A DNA stretch of 64,000 bases, from positions 128,001-192,000 of the forward strand of contig JBFWJC010000002.1 of assembly GCA_050253415.1 (NCBI GenBank), read 5' to 3'. The notes under the pieces are model-generated. The model saw only the letters and a list, made by a program, of their open reading frames with translations, was not told the origin of the DNA and did not search any database. Below, in pieces: positions 48,253 through 56,110 of the stretch (its first letter is position 1; each line of letters opens with the position of its first letter). The DNA is from Pedobacter sp. GTDB lineage: Bacteria; Desulfobacterota; Desulfuromonadia; Desulfuromonadales; Syntrophotaleaceae. The position numbers and the translations under genes were made by a program.

Positions 48253-49110
48253 TTGATTGTGGGTTTATTTGAGACAACAGAAGAAGAACTGTACCAGATC
48301 GCCATAAGTCGGCCGCTTGAAGAGAAGATTGATCAGGCAATCTCTCTTATCCAGGCGACTGAAGGCCAAGCGTTGAAATTATCTGATGATGGCTTTTACG
48401 TCTGCTTTTCTGGGGGGAAAGACAGCATTGTCATGGCTCGGTTGTTTGAGATGGCCGGTGTTAAATTTGGCCTACATTACAACAATGTGACAATCGATCC
48501 TCCCGAACTGGTTCGGTTTATCAAGGAAGAATATCCCCATGCGGAATGGCATTCTGTCGGCAAGCACCTGATCAACTACATGGCCGAAGACAAGGTTTGC
48601 GGTCCCCCAACGCGGCTAATTCGCTGGTGTTGCGAGATTTACAAAGAGCAAGGTGGGGTTGATAAATTCCGGGCAATAGGGGTGAGGGCCGAAGAGTCCG
48701 CCAGGCGGAAGGGGTTGTGGAAGCAGATTACCACTGACAGGAAAACGAAGATGCCGATTTTATGCCCCATTTTGTATTGGACACATGCCGACATCTGGGC
48801 ATTCATCAAGCAGCATGACATGCCGTATTGCTGCTTGTATGACGAGGGTTTTGACCGCCTGGGCTGTGTCGGGTGCCCAATGGGAGGACCAAAAGGGCAA
48901 GCCCGCGATTTCGCCCGCTGGCCGAAATATGAAGCGATGTGGAAGCGTGGATTCAGGAAGTATTTTGACAAGTACAAGGGCGTTCCGAAGCGCAACGGGG
49001 AGCCTCGGGCAATCGAAAAATTCCCAACCGTAGACGACCTGTGGAATTGGTGGATAAGCGGCAAAGCCTATGAAGGCGACAATCCGGATTGCCAACTGTG
49101 GCTGTGGTAG
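48253..49110 (+). CDS. Cassette 4: PAPS-reductase-family (PP-loop) protein
   Basis: CFSGGKDS, RWCCEIYKE, GVRAEES..R, PILYWT..DIW, RLGCVGCP. Confidence 0.88.
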   Translation: MIVGLFETTEEELYQIAISRPLEEKIDQAISLIQATEGQALKLSDDGFYVCFSGGKDSIVMARLFEMAGVKFGLHYNNVTIDPPELVRFIKEEYPHAEWHSVGKHLINYMAEDKVCGPPTRLIRWCCEIYKEQGGVDKFRAIGVRAEESARRKGLWKQITTDRKTKMPILCPILYWTHADIWAFIKQHDMPYCCLYDEGFDRLGCVGCPMGGPKGQARDFARWPKYEAMWKRGFRKYFDKYKGVPKRNGEPRAIEKFPTVDDLWNWWISGKAYEGDNPDCQLWLW

Positions 49111-49128
49111 GTTTTGCGCGAAAAGACT

Positions 49129-49230
49129 TTAGAACGATCATGGTCAGCGACGGTGTGAGAACGGACGCGCCGCACCGACCTAAACGAGAATCGCCGCAGG
49201 TCTTCCGTTCGCTGGACCTGCTGGTTAGAT
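49129..49230 (-). other. attC-like site 5
   Basis: TTAGAAC-GATCAT-GGTCAGCGACGG ... CCGTTCGCTGGACC-TGCTG-GTTAGAT; two unpaired bases (T, G) on the right arm. Confidence 0.85.
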
Positions 49231-49250
49231 TTCTTTCTATAGAGGAACTT

Positions 49251-49451
49251 ATGAAACCTAAATGCCCACATTGCGATCACCAGTTTGATGACGACCAAGT
49301 TTGGCACGGAAGCAACAACTGCGAATTCCCAACCGAGCGCGACGGTGATACGGGGGAATTCGACTGCCCGATCTGCGGGAAGCCGCTGTATGTTCGTATT
49401 GAATTCACCCCCGCATGGTACTTCACCGACGATAACGGCATTGAAATCTAA
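49251..49451 (+). CDS. Cassette 5: small Zn-finger protein
   Basis: MKPKCPHC...DCPICG; GAGG RBS. Confidence 0.75.
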   Translation: MKPKCPHCDHQFDDDQVWHGSNNCEFPTERDGDTGEFDCPICGKPLYVRIEFTPAWYFTDDNGIEI

Positions 49452-49531
49452 TAACAAAGATCAGCGGCGAAGGAGGCCGTAGCCTATGAAACTGAAGCGT
49501 TTATTTCGTCCGCTGTATTGGCTGGTTATGC
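49446..49531 (-). other. attC-like site 6 (left box ATCTAAT is degenerate; contains RBS and start of cassette 6 gene)
   Basis: ATCTAAT-AACAAA-GATCAGCGGCGAA ... TTCGTCCGCTGTATT-GGCTG-GTTATGC. Confidence 0.78.
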
Positions 49532-49695
49532 GCTGCACTGGAACTATTTATTTGGAACCTGGCCTTAGAGTAACCACTTCTGGCTGGGTGATTATTTCTG
49601 ACGGGAAATCGAAAGATGCTTTGCCTATCAGCCTCGTCTCGCAAGAGATTGTGGATAAGGTGGAAGCCAGTTTGGCAAGTTGGGGTTACACATAA
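49486..49695 (+). CDS. Cassette 6 hypothetical protein
   Basis: AGGAGG RBS inside the attC; stop TAA lies in the ACATAAC box. Confidence 0.65.
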   Translation: MKLKRLFRPLYWLVMRCTGTIYLEPGLRVTTSGWVIISDGKSKDALPISLVSQEIVDKVEASLASWGYT

Positions 49696-49744
49696 CGACT
49701 AGCTGACCGAGAGCGCAGCGATTCGGTCGAGCGGCTTGTTGTAA
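49690..49744 (-). other. attC-like site 7 (55 bp)
   Basis: ACATAAC-GACTA-GCTGACCG-AGAGCGCAGCGATT-CGGTCGAGC-GGCTT-GTTGTAA. Confidence 0.88.
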
Positions 49745-49756
49745 TGCGAGGGACCT

Positions 49757-50020
49757 ATGAAAAAGAACCGATTGGCCGCAAAGGAGTGGCGCGAAGAAGA
49801 TCAACGGAAAAAGAAGCAAGCTGAAGACATTGAGTACGCCACAAGCAAAACATACGACGCAGAAAAGCGCATCCGTGGCTTGAGTGCAACAATCGAGTAT
49901 GCCGGGCATCCAGAAATCGCAGAAAAGGTAGAGTCTGCGAGGTTGCTATTAGCAGAATCTTACGAAAATCTGCAAGCAATACAACGACTAGCTGACCGAG
50001 AGCGCAGCGATTCGGTCTAG
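49757..50020 (+). CDS. Cassette 7 hypothetical coiled-coil protein
   Basis: GAGG RBS; reads into attC8. Confidence 0.7.
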   Translation: MKKNRLAAKEWREEDQRKKKQAEDIEYATSKTYDAEKRIRGLSATIEYAGHPEIAEKVESARLLLAESYENLQAIQRLADRERSDSV

Positions 50021-50033
50021 CGGCTTGTTAGAC
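49979..50033 (-). other. attC-like site 8 (55 bp, near-identical to site 7)
   Basis: ATACAAC-GACTA-GCTGACCG-AGAGCGCAGCGATT-CGGTCTAGC-GGCTT-GTTAGAC. Confidence 0.88.
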
Positions 50034-50048
50034 ATTAAATAAAGGAGC

Positions 50049-50243
50049 ATGAAAATGTTGATTACGTTTAAAGCAAGATGCCCTGAGTGCGGAGTGGATG
50101 GAAAACACACAGTGGAAATAGGACAAGACCTGCACCCGAAGAAGGTACTTCTTTGCGACACGGAAGTTGGAGGATGCGACTGTTATTTCGCAGCATTTAT
50201 AAACATAAGGGCCGAAGCTGAAACGGCAAAGATAGATGTCTAA
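50049..50243 (+). CDS. Cassette 8: small Cys-rich protein
   Basis: AAGGAG RBS; CPEC...LCD..GGC; stop lies in the GTCTAAC box. Confidence 0.75.
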   Translation: MKMLITFKARCPECGVDGKHTVEIGQDLHPKKVLLCDTEVGGCDCYFAAFINIRAEAETAKIDV

Positions 50244-50351
50244 CAGAGGTAACAATGGAAAATTTTCCACTTATCACCACGATTAAAGCCAAAAAGTGGA
50301 AAACAGCCGTCAACAAATGACAACAGCCAAATGACAAAGGACACCCCCTGA

Positions 50352-51101
50352 ATGTTCCAGCGCGCCCAACAACTCATCGACGTTGCCAGCCAGCACCAAA
50401 AAGCCGAACTGGTCACACTGCACAACGCCGTGCTCGAACGCATGGAAGCCTACAAGAAGGCCAGCACCGCCGCCAACAAGCGCGACTGGGCCGCCGCCAA
50501 AAAAGGCCTGCAGGAGTGCATCGACCAACTCTTGCCGGTGTACTTCCCCGAGCTGTCCGCCGCCGACCCGGAGGTGTTCGACACCCAAAAAGCCGCCCTC
50601 GCCTGGCTGCACAACCACTTCGGCAAACCGTACCCGTCCGCCGGCAAGTTCAGCCAGGATATCCGTGACGGGCTGTGCCTGCAGCAGCAGAACAAAACCA
50701 TCCTGCGCAAGGATCTCAAAAAATACGCCGAGGTCATCGGCCATGACAAGCAGGCCGCCGCCGCCTCGGCCAGCCAAGCCGAAAAACGCGAAAAGCTCGA
50801 AATCGAAAAGCTGGAGCTGGATGTCGAAAAACGCCGGATGGAAAACCGCAAGGAGGACAAAAACTGGATCGCCCGCGACACCGTCTTCGAACGCGAAGGC
50901 GCCCTTGTCGGTCAGATCATGGGCGAAGCCCGCCATCACCTCGGCCGCGCCGTACCCGCCGTGATCCATGCCGCCAAAGGCGACCCCGAGCGCACCCCGG
51001 AGATCAAAAAAATTATCGAAGAAGCCCTGTTCGACGCCTTCCGCTCCCTGTATGAATCCGGCGAAGTCGACATGACCTTTTTGCAAGAAGAAGAGGACTG
51101 A
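50352..51101 (+). CDS. Probable terminase small subunit
   Basis: Coupled (TGATG) to the large terminase; central coiled coil EKREKLEIEKLELDVEKRRME as in Nu1-like proteins. Confidence 0.6.
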   Translation: MFQRAQQLIDVASQHQKAELVTLHNAVLERMEAYKKASTAANKRDWAAAKKGLQECIDQLLPVYFPELSAADPEVFDTQKAALAWLHNHFGKPYPSAGKFSQDIRDGLCLQQQNKTILRKDLKKYAEVIGHDKQAAAASASQAEKREKLEIEKLELDVEKRRMENRKEDKNWIARDTVFEREGALVGQIMGEARHHLGRAVPAVIHAAKGDPERTPEIKKIIEEALFDAFRSLYESGEVDMTFLQEEED

Positions 51102-53077
51102 TGCAAACCGCCCTGGCCGCCGACATCTTTGCCCAGCCCCTGCCCGAGTTTTTCCCCGAGCAGCTGCGCCACGCCTGCAGCGGTAAACGCATCCGCTACA
51201 CGCTGCCGCGCTCCGTGCGCGAACGCATGCAAATACCCGAAGACATCACCGTCAGCCAATGGGCCGAAAAATACCGCCGCGTCACCGCCATCGACGCCGA
51301 GCCAGGCCGCTGGCGCATCGACCGCGTCCCCCACACCAAAAAACTCATGGACATGATCAGCCTGCCGTGGGTCAAGGAATTCTGGCTGTGCATGGTCGAG
51401 CGCGCCGCCAAAACCCAGATAGTGCTCAACGCCGCCTGCCGTCAGATCGACCGCGGCATAGACTCCGGCAACGTATTTTGGCTCATGCCAAGCGAAGCCG
51501 ACGCCAAAAAAGCCCTCAGCGAACGCATCATACCCGTACTCAAAGAGAGCCCCCGCATGGCTCGGCTGCTGTCGCGCTACGCCGACGACACCACCAGCAC
51601 CAAGATCCGCTTTAAACACGGACCGCGCCTGTTTCCCGCCTGGTCCAACAGCCCCGGCTCCATCGCCTCGTTTTACGGCAAGCTCAACATCGGCGATGAG
51701 ATCGACAAATACGGCGACCGCTCCGGCGGCGAAACCGACCCCATTACCCTGCTCAAAAAACGCGGCCGCGACAGCGACGAATCCAAATTCCTGTTTGCCA
51801 GCACCCCCGCCGGTAAATTTATATACAAAGGCACCATGGCCTGCCAGCAAGTCTGGACCTACAAAAACCGCTGCCCCCATTGCGGTGAATACATCCTGAT
51901 GGACGCCGATCATTTCATGCTACCCGAAGGCGCCACCCAGGAGACCATCAAACACGGCGAGCACCCCGTCACCTACGCCTGCAACGACTGCGGCGTAGAA
52001 TGGGACGAAACCGACCGCAAAACCGCCTACCAAAACGGCGACTGGTTCGCCATCAAAGGCGCCGATGTCGAGCGGCCCACCACCATCGGAGCCTGGTTGC
52101 CGGCCTTCCCGCTGCCCAACATCCCCATGGCCGAGATCGGCGCCGCCATCGCCCGCGCCAACACCGGAGATCTCGCCGGTAAGATGGACCTCGCCCACGG
52201 CTATAAAGCCGTCGACTACGAAGCCGAAAACAAAGACCGGCAAGAAGACGCCATCCTGCTGCTGCGCGACGACCGCCCGGCAGGCATGATCCCCACCGAA
52301 GCCAACGGCCTCGAAATATCCATCGACACCCAGGATAACGGCTTCTGGTATCGCATCCGCGCCTGGCGTTACGGCCTCGATCTCAAAAGCTGGCTTGTCA
52401 AAGCCGGATATGTGCCCAGTGCCAACGCCGCCGACTTTGCCGCCCTCGATGATCTCATCGCGGCCGAATACCCCGACACCAACGGCGAGCCCCACCGCAT
52501 TATGGCCGGCATCATCGACAGCGCCGGGCATCGCACCAGCGAAGTCTACGCCTGGTGCCGCCGCACCGGAATCATACCAGCCAAAGGTGCCCAAGGCCGC
52601 AAGACCCAGCCCGTCACCGTCAGCCGCATCGACCGTTTCCCCGGTGACAACAAACCGATCCCCGGCGGCCTCAACCTCTACCATATCGACACGCATTTTC
52701 ACAAAGACCAACTCGCCAACAAACTGCAGATCGACCCCTCCGATCCCGGCGCCCTGGTGCTGCACAGCGGCTATAGCCTTGACCAGCTCACAGCCCTGCA
52801 CCGCGATCCAAACGGTAAACAAGCCCACAACCTGGAGGAATACGCCCGCCAGATGTGCGTCGAATACCGCGACGAGCGCGGCCTGTGGCAATGCCCCGAC
52901 GGCAAAGCCAATCACCTGTGGGATTGTGAAAACAACGGCCTCGCCCTGGTCATGTACCTGGGTTGGCAGCACAAAGGCAGCGTAAAAAAGAAGCCCGCCA
53001 CCAACGGACTCAAACCCAAAGACACCGCACCAGCCGCCACCAGCCGCGACCTTCCGGCATGGTATCGCAACCGCTAA
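51101..53077 (+). CDS. Terminase large subunit, lambda GpA family
   Basis: TVSQWAEKYR, GDEIDKY, FASTP, CPHCG/CNDCG, IDTQ, IDSAG, NHLWDC. Confidence 0.9.
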   Translation: MQTALAADIFAQPLPEFFPEQLRHACSGKRIRYTLPRSVRERMQIPEDITVSQWAEKYRRVTAIDAEPGRWRIDRVPHTKKLMDMISLPWVKEFWLCMVERAAKTQIVLNAACRQIDRGIDSGNVFWLMPSEADAKKALSERIIPVLKESPRMARLLSRYADDTTSTKIRFKHGPRLFPAWSNSPGSIASFYGKLNIGDEIDKYGDRSGGETDPITLLKKRGRDSDESKFLFASTPAGKFIYKGTMACQQVWTYKNRCPHCGEYILMDADHFMLPEGATQETIKHGEHPVTYACNDCGVEWDETDRKTAYQNGDWFAIKGADVERPTTIGAWLPAFPLPNIPMAEIGAAIARANTGDLAGKMDLAHGYKAVDYEAENKDRQEDAILLLRDDRPAGMIPTEANGLEISIDTQDNGFWYRIRAWRYGLDLKSWLVKAGYVPSANAADFAALDDLIAAEYPDTNGEPHRIMAGIIDSAGHRTSEVYAWCRRTGIIPAKGAQGRKTQPVTVSRIDRFPGDNKPIPGGLNLYHIDTHFHKDQLANKLQIDPSDPGALVLHSGYSLDQLTALHRDPNGKQAHNLEEYARQMCVEYRDERGLWQCPDGKANHLWDCENNGLALVMYLGWQHKGSVKKKPATNGLKPKDTAPAATSRDLPAWYRNR

Positions 53078-53087
53078 GGAGACCACC

Positions 53088-53306
53088 ATGACACCACCGC
53101 AAATATACCGCCGCAAAGACATGCTCACCGTCGCCCAATTCGCCAAAGTCATCGGCATGAGCCGTAGTTTTGCCTATCAACTGGTCGAGCGCGGACCGCA
53201 AGAAGGCGGCGTTCTGGCGTTTCGTTATGGCAAGACAAAAGGGCTTAGGGTGCCGGCGGAAGAGGTGACGCGATATCAGCAGGAGAGAAAGGTTGTTGAG
53301 GTATAA
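53088..53306 (+). CDS. Small winged-HTH (excisionase/HTH_17-like) protein
   Basis: MLTVAQFAKVIGMSRSFAYQLVERG...LRVPAEEV; AAGGAG RBS. Confidence 0.8.
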   Translation: MTPPQIYRRKDMLTVAQFAKVIGMSRSFAYQLVERGPQEGGVLAFRYGKTKGLRVPAEEVTRYQQERKVVEV

Positions 53307-53360
53307 CGGATTTGAGGTGTGCGGCGAGCGTAGCGAGTCCACACCAGCGAAGGGTTATGA
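53301..53360 (-). other. attC-like site 9 (solo cassette)
   Basis: GTATAAC-GGATTT-GAGGTGTG...GAGCGTAGCGA...CACACCAGC-GAAGG-GTTATGA. Confidence 0.75.
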
Positions 53361-54187
53361 TGCCCATGCAGAAACAGCGAATCATACGGGTTTTTCCGAG
53401 ACGGACAGCGGCCACGCCAGATGATGATCTGGTGAGGATCGCCACAACGCCCGGCCTCTTTGACGAAGCCGATGAAGTGCATGTGTCGGTGACGTTTACT
53501 TGGGATTTACCCCTTGTCGAAAAACTGGCGAAAGCCTGGGAGCCGGTGGCTCCTGTGACGATCGGAGGCCCGGCGACGGGAGAAGCTGGGGGGGATTTTA
53601 CCCCTGGCTTGTACGTCAAAAAAGGCTACGTACTCACCTCTCGCGGCTGCCCGAACAACTGCTGGTTTTGTTCCGTGCCAAAACGTGAAGGCCCGTTGCG
53701 GGAATTGCCGATCACCGAAGGCTGGAACGTCCTCGATGACAACTTGTTGGCATGCTCTGACGATCATGTCCGGAGAGTGTTCGAGATGCTGTATGGCCAG
53801 AAGAAAAACGGACGGATTCAATTTACTGGCGGACTGGAAGCTGCCCGCCTCAAACCCTGGCACGTTGAAGCCCTGCGGGGATTGAGGCCGAAACAGATGT
53901 TCTTTGCGTACGACACGCCCGACGATCTGGAACCGCTGCAGGACGCTGGTAGGATGCTGTTGGATGCTGGCTTTACGATCACAAGTCACGCCCTTCGGGC
54001 CTATGTGTTGTGCGGCTGGCCGAAGGATAGTTTTGAGGCGGCAGGCCGCAGGATGCAACAAACGATAGACGCCGGTTTCATGCCGATGGCGATGCTTTAC
54101 CGTGGCGTAGCCGGCAAACGTGATACGGAGTGGATGCGCTGGCAACGGGAATGGGCGAGACCAGCCATAATTGCCAAGGCATCATAA
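53357..54187 (+). CDS. Cassette 9: radical SAM protein
   Basis: TSRGCPNNCWFC (CxxxCxxC), LDDNLLA; flanked by GTTATGA / TCATAAC. Confidence 0.85.
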   Translation: MMPMQKQRIIRVFPRRTAATPDDDLVRIATTPGLFDEADEVHVSVTFTWDLPLVEKLAKAWEPVAPVTIGGPATGEAGGDFTPGLYVKKGYVLTSRGCPNNCWFCSVPKREGPLRELPITEGWNVLDDNLLACSDDHVRRVFEMLYGQKKNGRIQFTGGLEAARLKPWHVEALRGLRPKQMFFAYDTPDDLEPLQDAGRMLLDAGFTITSHALRAYVLCGWPKDSFEAAGRRMQQTIDAGFMPMAMLYRGVAGKRDTEWMRWQREWARPAIIAKAS

Positions 54188-54262
54188 CATCCTTTAACCA
54201 GCCCACAATGACAGTTACCCATATAATTATTTTAGGCAAAACCGCAAAAACCTAAAAAAGTT

Positions 54263-54291
54263 GTCCACCACGTCCACCACGTCCACCACGT
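54263..54291 (+). repeat. (GTCCACCAC)x3 upstream of the head operon
   Basis: Three perfect 9-bp direct repeats about 40 bp before the gpW-like start. Confidence 0.85.
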
Positions 54292-54329
54292 ACATGACAA
54301 CCCCCACCCATGCGCCGTAATCTCGGCGC

Positions 54330-54575
54330 ATGGCTATTACCCCACTATACACATCCTCCGAGCTCGATGCCCTGATCGCCGCCTATAAGCAGGCCGAGAT
54401 GTCGCTCGCGTCCGGCGTCGCGGAATACACCATCGACGTAGGTGGTGGTCGCCGTACCGTGCGCCGCCGCGATCTGGCCGAGGTGCGCCAGGCCCTGCAA
54501 TACTACCAGGGGCAGCGCGTGCAACTCGCTACCGGCTCCGGCCCCCAAACCCTGGTGGGGAGACCGGTACGATGA
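54330..54575 (+). CDS. gpW-like head-tail joining protein
   Basis: 81 aa between terminase and portal; EYTID..GRRTVRRRDL. Confidence 0.75.
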   Translation: MAITPLYTSSELDALIAAYKQAEMSLASGVAEYTIDVGGGRRTVRRRDLAEVRQALQYYQGQRVQLATGSGPQTLVGRPVR

Positions 54576-56107
54576 GTGGTTGCCGCGTAGGGCGCAGCTA
54601 TCCCGCCGGCCGGTACCACGGCGGTCTTATCCCAAGCATCCAGGGCGCTTCCATTCGTCGCAGCTCCGGCGGCTACAGCGGAACTCTCTCCAACTGGTCG
54701 CCATCGCGCATGACCTGGCCCGAAGAAGGCCGCAACCGCGAAACCACCGTCGACCGCGCCAACGACCTCGCCGCCAACCATCCCCACGCCGCAAGCCTTG
54801 TCGACTCCATCACCGTCAACGCCGTCGGTCCCGGGCTGTGGCCGCAAAGCAAGCCACATTACGAGCGCCTTGGCTTGTCCGAGAGCTGGGCCACAGAGTT
54901 TGCCGGCGCCGCCGAGTGGGAATTGGAACAGTGGAACCGTGAAGCCGACGCCCGCGAAGTCACCGACTTTTACGGCAAACAGTTTCAAAACCTCTGGTCG
55001 ATGCTCGTCAACGGCGAATTTATCAACCTGCCTCTGATGCTCGATGATCCAGGACGCCGTTACCGACTCGCCCTGCAGGATATCGACCCCGTGCGCCTTC
55101 GTACCCCCATGGCCCTGTTCGGCGCCGCCGATATCCGCGACGGTATCCGACTCGGCGACCGTGGCCAGGCCAAAGGCTACTTCCTCGCAGATCCCGACGA
55201 CGGCCGCATTGTAAGCAGCCTCGACATGCGCCACTATCGCGAGCTACCCGCACGTATCGGCCACCGCCCGGTGGTCATGCACCGCTTCCACGCCAAAACC
55301 CCCGAGCAGGTGCGCGGCGTCAGCGTGCTGGCACCGGCCATGAAGTTCTTCCGCGATGTCTCCGACTACCTCGATTACGAGCTGGTCGGCGCCATCGTCG
55401 CCAGCAGCTTCCCGGTCTTCATCGAAAAAAACACCACTTACGATGCCACCCAATTGCCCGGTGTCGAGTCCGTACAAAACGCCACCGGCGATACCACCCA
55501 TTACCGCAACTACAGCCCCGGCCAGGTGCTGTACGGCAACGGCGCCGAAAAGCCCCATATCCTCAAAAGCGACCGCCCCGGCAACTCCTTCCCGGCGTTT
55601 ATCGAGACCATCCTGCGCGCCGTCGGTGCTGCCGCCGGCATGCCCTACGAGATCATCAGTAAAGACTTTTCCAAAACCAACTACTCCAGCGCCCGCGCCG
55701 CCCTGCAAGAAGCCTGGCGCGTGTTTGAGCTCTATCAGGATTGGCTGGTCGGCGGATTTTGTCAACCGGTGTGGGAGATGTTACTGGAAGAAGCCTTCCT
55801 GCGCGGTCGCCTGCCGATCCCCAAGGGCGCACCCGACTTTTACGCCGCCCGCGCCGAATATTGCGCCGCAACCTGGGTCGGCCCCGAGCGTACCAACGTC
55901 GATCCCGTCAAAGAGATGGTCGCCGACATCATGGGCCTTAACGCCAACGTGACCACCCAAGCCGATATCGCCGCCAAAAAAGGCAAAGACTGGGAGCAGC
56001 AGTTCAGACAGCGCTCCCGCGAGCGTCAGCTGGCAAGAGACCTAGACCTTAATCCGGATCCGCCGAGCACCAAAAAAGCCAAAGATCCGGCCACCGTATT
56101 GGAGTAG
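54572..56107 (+). CDS. Portal protein, lambda family
   Basis: EQVRGVSVLAP, GMPYE..SKDFS..NYSSARA, VDPVKE. Confidence 0.92.
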   Translation: MSGCRVGRSYPAGRYHGGLIPSIQGASIRRSSGGYSGTLSNWSPSRMTWPEEGRNRETTVDRANDLAANHPHAASLVDSITVNAVGPGLWPQSKPHYERLGLSESWATEFAGAAEWELEQWNREADAREVTDFYGKQFQNLWSMLVNGEFINLPLMLDDPGRRYRLALQDIDPVRLRTPMALFGAADIRDGIRLGDRGQAKGYFLADPDDGRIVSSLDMRHYRELPARIGHRPVVMHRFHAKTPEQVRGVSVLAPAMKFFRDVSDYLDYELVGAIVASSFPVFIEKNTTYDATQLPGVESVQNATGDTTHYRNYSPGQVLYGNGAEKPHILKSDRPGNSFPAFIETILRAVGAAAGMPYEIISKDFSKTNYSSARAALQEAWRVFELYQDWLVGGFCQPVWEMLLEEAFLRGRLPIPKGAPDFYAARAEYCAATWVGPERTNVDPVKEMVADIMGLNANVTTQADIAAKKGKDWEQQFRQRSRERQLARDLDLNPDPPSTKKAKDPATVLE

Positions 56108-56110
56108 CGC

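Noticed and set aside
49690..50033. Two near-identical ~50-bp repeats as a CRISPR array
   Set aside because: Only two copies, separated by a whole ORF, with no cas genes; they fit attC geometry
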